A stretch of DNA of 62,356 nt, the filler included, from Sanchytrium tribonematis (Eukaryota): NCBI GenBank assembly GCA_018985235.1. It is 4 parts of 4 records of this genome, joined end to end, with 100 filler letters (N's around TTAATTAATTAA, not from the genome) between each part and the next. Parts side by side here need not be neighbours in the genome. Positions count along the whole stretch, not along the records: positions 1 to 15,570 come from JADGIG010000147.1; 3 more parts are not named here. One strand, 5' to 3'. The notes beneath the pieces are model-generated. The model saw nothing but the letters and a program-made list of their open reading frames with translations. It was not told the DNA's origin and did not search any database. Shown here in pieces: positions 1 through 10,007 of the stretch. Position numbers and translations under genes: made by a program. Every line of letters begins with the position of its first letter. Positions within the stretch are counted from its first letter, which is position 1.

Positions 1-1
1 T

Positions 2-1489
2 CATCAATATTGCATTGAACAGCAGACTTGGAAAAATCAATGGGAAATGATTATCCAACAAAATGAGTCTCTTTTTTCTACTATGGAACAGGTTCTGCCA
101 CAGTTGCCCTCTTCAAATACCGACTTGATGGATGACCGACTTGCGATGCACTTGGAGTATTTTCAAAGTAAATTTAGCGAGACAGAGAATAGTTGCTTTG
201 AAGTTAGGCAAATGATATTCAATATTCATGAAAAGAAGAAAGTTCTTTATAAAGAATTACAAGATTTACTACTCGAGTGTAAGAAAAATCCAGAACTAGA
301 TGTTGAACAGAAAAAGGCTTTTATCAAACAACAGCAGTATGACTTGCAAAAGGATCTCCATAGTCTAACTATGGAACGCATTCAGTTGGAAATGGAAAGG
401 CTGCAGCAATTTAAGAAAATGAGAGAACTTCAACAGCAGCATGACTATAATACTCCTGCAACTCAGGAATTGTACTTTATTGTTTTAAATCTCGTCAAAA
501 GTAGTCAATTTCAAGGAAAAGGGAATTTATTCCACTTTATTGTAGATGAAAATGCAGATGAGCAACTAAGGAACAAGTTGGATGGATCTGATAATCTCAC
601 AAGCGCACTTATTCTCAAGATCTTTGATTTACAAATGCACATTCATCATCTTACTACGATTCATAAAAATAAGGTCATTTCTTTAGAAAATCAAAACAGC
701 GAATTACTTTTTAATATCCAGCAAAAAGATGAAATTATTAGGCAGCAGGATCTTAAAATCCAACAAAGCTCAAACGATGAGGAGCTTAAGAAATCCATTG
801 AAATTCGAAAATCTGTAATTCCCCACAAAGAAATTCCTTTAGGCTGTAACAAGCATGAGATTTTGATGGATAATTTGAAAGAACTCGACACTGCGTTCAA
901 GAATTTAAAAGGAATTGAAACAAAATATCTTGAACAAAAAGAGCAGCAATCGACACTGACTAGAACTTTAAGTCGAATACATGGTGAAAATGATCAAATT
1001 TCTAAACAAAATCAGGATCTCCAGAATGAATTACAAAAGAGAATCGACGAGGTCAAGAAGTACGAGTCGTATATCTACAAAGTGCAAAATTTATGCAGAA
1101 ACAAAGTAGAATTACCTCCAATAGATCTTCAAAAAAAACCAAGTATTTTGGAAAAATTCAAAAGAAAGAGAACCCCCACATCAAATACAGAAACGTCAGA
1201 GAAGAGCATTCCAACTCGAACGTCATTTAGCGATGAGTCGGATTTGAGTGTTAGTAGTCATGAAATGTATCCTAATCCGTTGGCGTCTTTAAGTCAACAC
1301 CGTGTCAATAATATGGAACGAGTGGACGAGAAATGGGACTCCAAAGATGATTATTTATCTCCAATAGAACCTAGGGAAAGAAGAGGTTCCCGCGATATTA
1401 GGGGAACTTCTCATGCTGACAACCCTAGATTATTTAGGCGAGTAAATAAGAGTTTGGTGAATTTGCGATCCAAGTTCAATAATAAATAA
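2..1489 (+). CDS. Coiled-coil hypothetical protein, probably 5'-partial
   Basis: 480-aa ORF from ATG 47, but the frame is open back to the contig start (HQYCIEQQTWKNQWEM). Long Q/E/K/L heptad-rich segments and an S/R-rich disordered C-tail. Stop TAA lies inside AATAAA. Confidence 0.75.
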   Translation, partial: HQYCIEQQTWKNQWEMIIQQNESLFSTMEQVLPQLPSSNTDLMDDRLAMHLEYFQSKFSETENSCFEVRQMIFNIHEKKKVLYKELQDLLLECKKNPELDVEQKKAFIKQQQYDLQKDLHSLTMERIQLEMERLQQFKKMRELQQQHDYNTPATQELYFIVLNLVKSSQFQGKGNLFHFIVDENADEQLRNKLDGSDNLTSALILKIFDLQMHIHHLTTIHKNKVISLENQNSELLFNIQQKDEIIRQQDLKIQQSSNDEELKKSIEIRKSVIPHKEIPLGCNKHEILMDNLKELDTAFKNLKGIETKYLEQKEQQSTLTRTLSRIHGENDQISKQNQDLQNELQKRIDEVKKYESYIYKVQNLCRNKVELPPIDLQKKPSILEKFKRKRTPTSNTETSEKSIPTRTSFSDESDLSVSSHEMYPNPLASLSQHRVNNMERVDEKWDSKDDYLSPIEPRERRGSRDIRGTSHADNPRLFRRVNKSLVNLRSKFNNK

Positions 1490-1652
1490 ATTACTCTATG
1501 ATGCTATTACAAGAACCGATATTCGTGTGTGGCATGCAAGCCCAAGTTGAAGCAATCACAAAGATCAACTTGATTGGAATTTCATTGAATACCAACCAAT
1601 CAAAATTTGATTTACCTACTTTAAATTTGTAATAGACTCGTTTTCTAATTGT

Positions 1653-3131
1653 ATGTTGCTACCTCTCATTTACAGCAAGAAATACATTGTAACAACATCA
1701 GAAAAGGGAGCATTTCATGCCAGCAGTTTAGCAACTTTCACAATGGGTGACCACCACGGTTACGTAGCCGACTTAAGTGATGACCAAATTGAATCCTTGA
1801 GGAATGATAAACGTGTTCTTTCTATTGAAGAAGATGGAATTATGAAAACTATGGAGGTACAGAAAGATGTGCCTTGGGGATTGGCTCGAATTTCTCACAG
1901 AGAGACAGATTCTACCGAGTATGTTTATCCTACCAATGCGGGAGAAGGCGTTACTGTTTATATCGTTGATACTGGCATCAATGCCGAACATGAAGAATTC
2001 GAAGGAAGAGCCACTGCAGGTCAAGATTTTACGGAGGACCAAGATGGAATTGACGGGAATGGACATGGTACTCATTGTGCTGGTACCATTGGTGGAAAGA
2101 ATTATGGAATTGCAAAAAAAGCCCATCTTGTTGGTGTTAAAGTTTTGAGCAAGGCTGGTTACGGAAGTACGAGTGGGGTCATTCAAGGAATTGAATGGGC
2201 CTACAAACACCACAAATCAAGAGGCGAGAATGCTAAATCAGTAATCAACATGTCATTAGGTGGTGGTAAAAGTATAGCTCTAAACAGAGCAGTGGAAGCT
2301 GCAGTCAAGGCTGGAGTAGTAGTATCTGTTGCTGCTGGAAATGAGGACAATGATGCATGCAACAGTTCTCCTGCTAGTTCTGAAGCAGCTATTACAGTAG
2401 GAGCAACCACTTCACACGACCAGAGAGCTTGGTTTTCCAATTGGGGAACTTGTGTTGATATTTTAGCGCCTGGCTACAAAATAAAATCTGCTTGGATTGG
2501 TTCAAAAACAGCTACCAATATAATTAGTGGTACTAGCATGGCTTCACCTCATGTAGCTGGTGCATCGGCTGTCTATCTAAGTGACAATGAAGAAGTGAAA
2601 TTGAATCCAGAAATGGTAAGACAGATTCTCATCAGAATGTCCACTAAAAACATTATTAAAGGGCTTCCAACAACAAAGAAACCAGACTCAGATTGGCCAT
2701 TTCCATTTCCACAATCTCCAAATCACGGGAGCAGAGGAGAAACACCAAATCGTTTATTATTTCACCCTGAACAAAACGTTATGGTAAAAGTACCAGAACA
2801 CAGTGTACAAAATACCTATCCTCCAAATTATCAGCTTGTAAGATATGGATTCTCGATTTTCAATCATGGCTCGTCAAAAAAGGACCCACATTTCCACCAT
2901 CCTTCATTAGGATTCTTGCACCATATAATTCGTTGGTTAGGGCATCATCATAAACATCACGGTCATCCTCCTCATCGTGGAAATCCTCCCCACGATCACC
3001 CAGGACAAGACGAAATTAATTTTGGTTCTGAGGCTCCTTCTCCATCAAAAATGAACGTGCGTATGAAGTTTATGAGCAAGTCCAGAGATAATCGCACCTT
3101 TAAGAACTTGTGGGGCGTCTTGTTTGATTGA
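1653..3131 (+). CDS. Subtilisin-like serine protease (S8A, proteinase K/cerevisin type) with I9 prodomain and His/Pro-rich C-terminal extension
   Basis: Catalytic triad motifs IVDTG, HGTHCAG, GTSMASPHVAG; oxyanion AAGN; prodomain KYIV...GY...SIEED; mature start QKDVPWGLARIS. Confidence 0.95.
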   Translation: MLLPLIYSKKYIVTTSEKGAFHASSLATFTMGDHHGYVADLSDDQIESLRNDKRVLSIEEDGIMKTMEVQKDVPWGLARISHRETDSTEYVYPTNAGEGVTVYIVDTGINAEHEEFEGRATAGQDFTEDQDGIDGNGHGTHCAGTIGGKNYGIAKKAHLVGVKVLSKAGYGSTSGVIQGIEWAYKHHKSRGENAKSVINMSLGGGKSIALNRAVEAAVKAGVVVSVAAGNEDNDACNSSPASSEAAITVGATTSHDQRAWFSNWGTCVDILAPGYKIKSAWIGSKTATNIISGTSMASPHVAGASAVYLSDNEEVKLNPEMVRQILIRMSTKNIIKGLPTTKKPDSDWPFPFPQSPNHGSRGETPNRLLFHPEQNVMVKVPEHSVQNTYPPNYQLVRYGFSIFNHGSSKKDPHFHHPSLGFLHHIIRWLGHHHKHHGHPPHRGNPPHDHPGQDEINFGSEAPSPSKMNVRMKFMSKSRDNRTFKNLWGVLFD

Positions 3132-3177
3132 AAATAAATTTTATTGAATTTTTTTAAAATGGGCCAGAAACATCGAG

Positions 3178-3966
3178 ATGCTTGGTTTTATTCCAATTGG
3201 TAGTGTCCTCACATTTTGGTTTGGGTACTTGTTAATTACATTATTCACGTTTAAAATTGGATCCTTCACTTATTGGCAACCTTTTCCTAAGACCTCCTTT
3301 CAAATTCAGACCTCTGGTCAAATCAAGACAGATGTACCTGCTAAGGTGTTTATTTTGGATGGTATGACAACAAATGCAGCTACTGTAAAAAGCTTGCATG
3401 ACGCTGGAAAGAAAGTTGTATGTAAAGTGAGTATTGGAACAGTCGTTAAAGGAAGTGATGATGCTGCTATTTTATCAGACTATTTGGGAGCTGAAGTACC
3501 AAATCACCCAGAGCAATTGTATGTCGATATCAGGTCTCCAACAGTCATGAAAGTAATTGAAAGTAGATTTGATATTTTGGTTTCAAATAACTGTGACGCT
3601 GCAGACATTACTTATGCAGATAACTGGAATCAAGACACAAAATTCGCAATCAACAGTGATGAGCAATTAAAATTTAACGTATGGCTAGCTGGTAAAGCAC
3701 ACGATAGAGGAATGTCAATTGGATTACACAATGATGCAGAACAAATTAGAGAATTGGTAGACTATTTCGACTTCTCCGTTACCGATGAATGTATTCGTAT
3801 GAGTGAATGTGAGAAATATTTGCCATTTGTTGATGAGGGTAAGGCTGTATTTACTATTGAATACACTGGAACTAAAGATACTATTTGTGACTATGCCAAC
3901 CAAATGGACTTGAGTGCAATTATAAAGACCCCGCAATTAGGATCAGAGTATACTGCTTGTCAATAA
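3178..3966 (+). CDS. Glycoside hydrolase family 114-like protein (endo-alpha-1,4-polygalactosaminidase fold), membrane-anchored or secreted
   Basis: GH114-like blocks: LHDAGKKVVC, YVDIRS, KAHDRGMSIGLHN, FDFSVTDEC...EC, FVDEGKAVFTIEY. Hydrophobic N-terminus. Confidence 0.8.
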   Translation: MLGFIPIGSVLTFWFGYLLITLFTFKIGSFTYWQPFPKTSFQIQTSGQIKTDVPAKVFILDGMTTNAATVKSLHDAGKKVVCKVSIGTVVKGSDDAAILSDYLGAEVPNHPEQLYVDIRSPTVMKVIESRFDILVSNNCDAADITYADNWNQDTKFAINSDEQLKFNVWLAGKAHDRGMSIGLHNDAEQIRELVDYFDFSVTDECIRMSECEKYLPFVDEGKAVFTIEYTGTKDTICDYANQMDLSAIIKTPQLGSEYTACQ

Positions 3967-4076
3967 ATATTTGAAGAATATTGAACCTTTTTTTTATTCC
4001 CTTATTTCAACTAAATTTAAATGCATGTTTTATTGAACTACAAAATAATAAATTTTATTTATAATGAGGAATTGAA

Positions 4077-4262
4077 TCAATCATCTGAATACTTTCTTTT
4101 CTTAGGGTTGACTTCTATACTAGCATCTTGTGCAGCCGGTTTTTGTTGGTATAAATAATGCTGCATCTTTGCTCTTATTTGCATATTTCGAATTTTTGTT
4201 TGCCCATTCCCAACACTTGCACCGCTTGGTGGCCCTGCATTCAATCTCTTGTTATTTAACAT
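4077..4262 (-). CDS. Small hypothetical protein with C-terminal NLS-like PKKRK
   Basis: 61-aa ATG-started ORF filling the gap between genes; AATAAA downstream on the minus strand. No recognisable family. Confidence 0.35.
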   Translation of the reverse strand: MLNNKRLNAGPPSGASVGNGQTKIRNMQIRAKMQHYLYQQKPAAQDASIEVNPKKRKYSDD

Positions 4263-4415
4263 TCTGTATTAGATGTTTCAGCTTAAAAAAAATATTTTGG
4301 AATTTGTTCGAATTGACTAGAAATTCCTAGACTCCACATTCTACACAGCTTTATCTAGTTACAACTCCTTATGAATTGTTATACACAAAATTTCGAATTT
4401 ATCGTAAAAAGAAAT

Positions 4416-5705
4416 CTAAATGTCAAATTTACTAAATCTTTCGACCACACTGGCTCGTGCTTTTTCTCTCATTTCTAATTTAACATTAGTGCTAGTTTCG
4501 TAAAGCACGGTATAGATTATTTGAGCATACTCCTCAGTAGTGGTAGCTAAATAACCTAATCCATTTTTGACAATATCTAATTTTGGGCCGCCACTATTAT
4601 GAGCCACAGCAATGCAACCACTGAACATGTATTCTATTATTCCAATGCCAAAGTGTTCCTGAATCATTGTATGAAGTCCTATGTCACTCTTTTCAAGACA
4701 TTTCTTCAAATCTGAATATGGTGCATTAACCATAAATGTAACATATTTTTCTATTTCTAGTGTTTGTGTAAGCGATTTAAGCTCTTCTATTCTTTTTTCG
4801 TCCTCTTTATTTCTAGATCCTCCAACTAATGTTAAATGTGGAAAGTATATTAAATGATTTCTTTTGGCTTTTCTTATAACTTTGGCAAATGCTTGTATTT
4901 GTAATTTGTGATTCTTTTCTGGTCTAAATTGAGCGACACTGACAATTTCGTAACTATTTCTTTCTAATGGAATTCTTAAAAGGTCTGTAGACTGGCAAGG
5001 CGGATATTTAATTTCACTGGATATTTGCCACAACTCATCGATATGATTTTTGGTCCAAGTCGAATTCACGTACACCTTTTTTGGAACATTTCCGACATTG
5101 CTATACCATATTGCGTATATTTGATAGTACCAAAGTTTGAAGATGCTTAAAATTGGATATTTTGCAATTAGTTGACTATTATTAAATGCCGACTTTCTAG
5201 TTTTGACCTTTGAGATCATATCTGTCGAAATAATCGGATAATGAACATAAGCAGTAACAGGAATTCCGTAAAATTTTAAAATAGGGTAACCAAATGCTAA
5301 ACCAGTGGTGTCAATAAATTTTGACGGCAGAAAATCTTGACTGCAACAGTCGCTTGCAAATATGATACTTCCAAAAGCTTGCCCAAGCAAAGTTAGATAC
5401 TTGTAATTACTATCTTTAAAATAGTCTCTGTTAATTAGCACAAATTTTATATCTTCACGAAGATCAATGTTGAACCTATCTTTTGCTTTATCTAATAAAT
5501 CCTTTTGAGTAGATGTGCAATAGATAATCACACTCTGATCTTTAGGCAACTTCGAAATCCAAGTCCACAAAACAAGCTCACCGCCTCCCATAGCATCAGG
5601 ATAGGGGTGTAAAAAACCGATAGTATCTGGAAGCATCTTCTTCTTTTTATGAAAGAAAGCTCTAAAGTAAGCTATAATACAAAGGAAGAAGCTTCTGAAA
5701 ATCAT
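4416..5705 (-). CDS. ALG11: GDP-Man:Man3GlcNAc2-PP-Dol alpha-1,2-mannosyltransferase (GT4)
   Basis: GFLHPY..GGGE.VLW, DTTGLAF.YP, YVHYP.ISTDM, SVAQFRPEKNH, EHFGIGIIEYM, AHNSGGPKLDIV. Confidence 0.95.
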   Translation of the reverse strand: MIFRSFFLCIIAYFRAFFHKKKKMLPDTIGFLHPYPDAMGGGELVLWTWISKLPKDQSVIIYCTSTQKDLLDKAKDRFNIDLREDIKFVLINRDYFKDSNYKYLTLLGQAFGSIIFASDCCSQDFLPSKFIDTTGLAFGYPILKFYGIPVTAYVHYPIISTDMISKVKTRKSAFNNSQLIAKYPILSIFKLWYYQIYAIWYSNVGNVPKKVYVNSTWTKNHIDELWQISSEIKYPPCQSTDLLRIPLERNSYEIVSVAQFRPEKNHKLQIQAFAKVIRKAKRNHLIYFPHLTLVGGSRNKEDEKRIEELKSLTQTLEIEKYVTFMVNAPYSDLKKCLEKSDIGLHTMIQEHFGIGIIEYMFSGCIAVAHNSGGPKLDIVKNGLGYLATTTEEYAQIIYTVLYETSTNVKLEMREKARASVVERFSKFDI

Positions 5706-5897
5706 GTGTCTCAGATGTTTCTGAAACTGGGACTTGGTGAAGAATTCAGGTTAGAAGAGAATTTAATAATTCAAACGAATTGAAAGATATATTTTGATTT
5801 TTTATTATTCCCTCTCAGACTTTATACGTCATCAGCCTATCATTTGAATAGCACATACAAGAATAATTTGACGCGTAAGAGATAGAAAGCCATTTTT

Positions 5898-7634
5898 ATG
5901 TTTTTGAGTCTTGTCTCAATATTTGGAGCTTATAACCCAGTATATACTAACCAGGATAATTTGGGCCATAACTACTACTGTGCGACCTTAAATCAAGCGA
6001 CTTTAAAAGCTGACTGTCAAGCAATGTGTGATAAAGATCAAATTTGTTATGCTTTTACAATAAGCACATCTAACAGCTGCTGTTTGAAATTCTTTTTTGA
6101 TACATCTGAAATTAAAACGGTCGCGGGGTCTAGCTTTTATACGAAAACAGACACTACTGGGATGAGTCAATTTTTCTGGGCGACTGGATTTCTTGCTCAA
6201 ACTGGTATTTTAGAACATTATACTAATCCACTGCAGGGAACAGCCTTAAACACTTCCTTGTTTTTAAGTACCACTTCTTATGAAAAATTATACTTTTATG
6301 ATACAGGAAAATTTACGTATTACACATTATTGTCGCAAAATACTATTGTTGATTTTTCTTCAAATTTAGCGGCTTCATCATATATCAAGACTGCGAATTC
6401 TTACTTGTTTTTTGAGAGTCCATCAATGACCGGAAAATTCTATTCGACTTCTACGTTGACGACGCTGAGGAACTGCATCGATTCATGTATGAATGTAAAT
6501 TGCAAGTTTTTGGCATATACTATGGCTAGCAGTCCTCAATGCGATATTTATGTAGAAGGTACGACCAAAAATATTAAATCTATTTATGGGTTTTATGTGT
6601 TTGGATATAACAAAACTCGACTACTTAAAAGTCCCAATTTGGACTCTAAATATACTGGAATCTCTTATATGAGCCAAAAAACTACTTACGATGGTTGCTA
6701 CGATTTATGCTATTCTGATTATTCGTGTAAATCTTGTTCTTTTGACGGGGTCAATCAAATTTGCTCTCTATTTTCAACATTAAGCCCACTTAGTGATTCT
6801 GGTAGTTTTGTATCTTGGGAGATTGTTGGAAGACCTACTAAATCTACTTTACTTTCTTCAACTATGTTCTCTTCTACCGCATATCGTTCTATGATTCTCA
6901 CAACATCATCTCAGAAACAGTTATCCACGACTTTATTTGCAACAAATTTAACTAGTGATATCAGTTCGAGCTTAAGCACAGATGCTTCAAGTAAAATTGC
7001 TTCCGTTTCTTCAGAATTTGACCAAGTCACATCCGAAATTATCACTAGCGCGTCACTTACTCTATACGATCAAATTAGCACAACTTATGCAATTATGGAA
7101 TCACTCGACAGCGACATAGCGGATAGTGGTAATTATACTACAATGAGAAATTCTAAAATTAGCGGGGATAATATTTTCTCGACAGAGGAAGTTATCGCAA
7201 CACAAATATCGGGAAATGAAGCCAGCTCGAATACAACTTCTTTTACATTGTATGGAATAATGGGTGCAATTGTAGGAATTATATTGGTTATAAGCGCAAT
7301 TAAAGGCTGTATGATGTTTCAAGGCAGAATAAAGAAAAGATACATGACACGAATTCAATCCAGAGATATTAGATATGCTGAAGAACGAAAATTAGGATCG
7401 AAACTTGGCTTTGATGCTTCAGATTATTCATTGAACTCGATAAAAAACAGTGGTGATAGTTTGGAACATGATCAACGATTAAATTCTTCAAATTCTTTCG
7501 AAGGCATTCGAGGAAACGCGAAACCTGATCTCTCGTCTGATAGTTTAAATATGCCAGTTGGTGGAAATTATCGACCTTCTGGTTTGAGGAATCAAATTTC
7601 TCCAGAAAAGAAACCTATGGCTAGAAGATTTTAA
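5898..7634 (+). CDS. Type I membrane protein with PAN/Apple-like Cys domains, Ser/Thr-rich stalk, TM helix and cytoplasmic tail
   Basis: Short signal peptide; three Cys modules of C-x3-C...C..F...C type (e.g. CQAMCDKDQICYAF...CCLK); S/T-rich region; TM LYGIMGAIVGIILVISAI. Confidence 0.75.
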   Translation: MFLSLVSIFGAYNPVYTNQDNLGHNYYCATLNQATLKADCQAMCDKDQICYAFTISTSNSCCLKFFFDTSEIKTVAGSSFYTKTDTTGMSQFFWATGFLAQTGILEHYTNPLQGTALNTSLFLSTTSYEKLYFYDTGKFTYYTLLSQNTIVDFSSNLAASSYIKTANSYLFFESPSMTGKFYSTSTLTTLRNCIDSCMNVNCKFLAYTMASSPQCDIYVEGTTKNIKSIYGFYVFGYNKTRLLKSPNLDSKYTGISYMSQKTTYDGCYDLCYSDYSCKSCSFDGVNQICSLFSTLSPLSDSGSFVSWEIVGRPTKSTLLSSTMFSSTAYRSMILTTSSQKQLSTTLFATNLTSDISSSLSTDASSKIASVSSEFDQVTSEIITSASLTLYDQISTTYAIMESLDSDIADSGNYTTMRNSKISGDNIFSTEEVIATQISGNEASSNTTSFTLYGIMGAIVGIILVISAIKGCMMFQGRIKKRYMTRIQSRDIRYAEERKLGSKLGFDASDYSLNSIKNSGDSLEHDQRLNSSNSFEGIRGNAKPDLSSDSLNMPVGGNYRPSGLRNQISPEKKPMARRF

Positions 7635-7746
7635 ACTTTTACTATGACGTAAAAATTTAATAAATCTAAATTTGACAGAAAACATATTTGAGCTCCAATG
7701 TGTTGCAATCACGAATACTAATATCACCTATGGATTACCCATCAAA

Positions 7747-9976
7747 ATGTTGTTTTTTCATTTATTAATATTTGGAGCTTATAACGCAGTTCTTGCGAAT
7801 CAAAACAATATTGGACACACTTATTATCAAACCACGCTTCCCAAAAAAACTTTAAGATCAGATTGTCAAAAACTTTGTGATGCTGATTCATTTTGTTACG
7901 CTTTGGTGATCTCAACTGCGAACGAATGTTTTTTAAAATACTATTTTTCACCGAATGAAATTGTTGCATATAGCGGTGCGAATTTGTACACCAAAACAGT
8001 TACAACTGGAATGAGTTTATTTTTTTGGGCACGCGGATATTTGACCCAAGTTCATGTCCAATTGGTTGATACATCGGCAGTTTACGTTGCAACCACAAAT
8101 ACTGCACAACTGTTAGCGACAAGTTTGGATGAAAAGTTCTTTTTTAATGATATGCTCTCGGTAACTGCTATTGCATCAGCCCAAACAGCTGTTAAATTAA
8201 AATATGGCGCTTCAAACGATATAGTTGAACACGAAAAAAGTGCTTACAGTTACCTTATATATGAAGCAACGACTATGACAGGCAATTACGACGCAATCAC
8301 CGGATCTTATGTGACTCTCAAAATGTGCTTTGATTTTTGTTTGCTCAGAAATTGTAAATTTGTATTCTATGACTTTAGCACATTTTATTGCACATCATAT
8401 ACCGAAGGCACTGAAACTGCCGTGTCTAATGTTTTTGCTTTAAACCAAACCAGGATGCTGAATTTGCCAATATTAGATACTAAATTATCTGGTACACCTT
8501 ACTTGACAAAATCTACCACCTATGAGGAATGCTATAAATTATGCTTTATAGATTATGCCTGCAATGCAGTAGCTTTTAACGGAGTGACAACCGATTGCTC
8601 ATTCTTTACTACCTACTCTGGTCAAATTCCTGCGGCAGGATTTTTTGCATGGAAAATTATAAACAGGCCGTCTAAGACTACTTCAATTGTTTCTGCGACC
8701 AAAACATCATCTGTTTTATTGACAACAAAATTGTCTACCACTACTTCGCCAATTATCAAAATATCAACCCTAAAAGTTACAACTTCCGTGGTAGCATCTA
8801 CAGTTGCAACAACCATCATTATACCAAAAACTGGAACTGCGTTGTATACTACAAAATATTCTACCCAAGTAGTTGCCCAAATTGCATCTCAAACTATTCC
8901 ATTACAGACCACCCCAAAATTGGGGTTTTCTTCTACATCGCCAACCTTAAAGATAAATTCTATATCCTCTTCTATCATTTTGACCACAAAGGCAATTTTT
9001 ACTACACCAAATACATTGACGTCACAAAATCCGGCAATCTCTCCACTGTTAACATCTTCATTAAAAGTCACCACAGCACCAGAAACTTCCAGTAAACTTT
9101 CCGCTGTGACTACACAATCTTCGATTACATTGCCATTATCAACTTCAAATCCAAGCGTTTTCTCTAAATTGACAGATCTTCCAACATCTACAACCTTGAC
9201 ATCTAGTTCTGAATTTACATTAGACTTACCAACATCTGATTTGTATGAGTCATTTTATACAACAGAAGAATCGTATTTGGAGAGCGGATTAGATGATTAT
9301 GACGATGATGAATTCTTGCCTTTTACGGAATCCATTGCATCTGAAACTGAAGATCCAATTCTGCCAAATTTGATTATCGAAGACAGTTCGAATGCGACTT
9401 TTATAATAATTACAAGAAAATACTATTATAAACAAACAACTGCAACAACTCTTGGGCATTTAACATCAAAACTACCTCTTGCGACATTCAATTATATATC
9501 TCTTACTACCGAGTCTAAAAGCACTCCAACTTTCAATATTGCAGTCCAAGGATCTGGTAATTTATATTAATTTAGACGCTTCCACTGGTATAACAATATA
9601 TATCGCAATGGGCATCATTTTACTACTTGTTGTATTAGCTGGAATAATTAAATTGTCCATGATGTTGCACAAAAAATTGAACGAACGGTATTCAGTTAAA
9701 GTTGAATCTTCAGATCTAAGCAATGATGAATTAGGTTCAAGGTTACAATTTGAGTCACCAAGTTATTCTTTGAATTCAGATAGACCCTTGGGAGTAACTA
9801 ATAATGTGCCACCATCTTTGGCGAAACGAGTACCAAATTCTAAGCTTTCTAATTCGAAATCTCGTGGAAACTTACCATCTGGGTCTCAATTAAAGCTTAA
9901 TATCTCATCTGAGAGTTTGGATAGTTTGGCAAGAAATCAAAAGAAGCCATCTGGTCTAAGGAACGAACATGTCTAG
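7747..9976 (+). CDS. Tandem paralog of the PAN/Apple type I membrane protein; two exons 7747-9556 and 9576-9976
   Basis: ATG at 7747 gives MLFFHLLIFGAYN, matching the paralog's MFLSLVSIFGAYN. Removing intron 9557-9575 joins AVQGS to DASTGITIYIAMGIILLLVV and restores the TM and tail (YSLNS, PSGLRN) shared with 5898-7634. Confidence 0.8.
9557..9575 (+). other. 19-nt GT-AG spliceosomal intron (GTAATTTATATTAATTTAG)
   Basis: Excision restores the frame to a TM and tail homologous to the neighbouring paralog. Confidence 0.85.
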
Positions 9977-10007
9977 AAGTGCTTAATTAATTTGAGATAA
10001 AATAAAT

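Noticed and set aside
4416..4432. 17-nt GT-AG candidate intron at the ALG11 3' end
   Set aside because: Splicing adds no conserved residues and the ATTNAT register is absent; the unspliced end RFSKFDI is acceptable.
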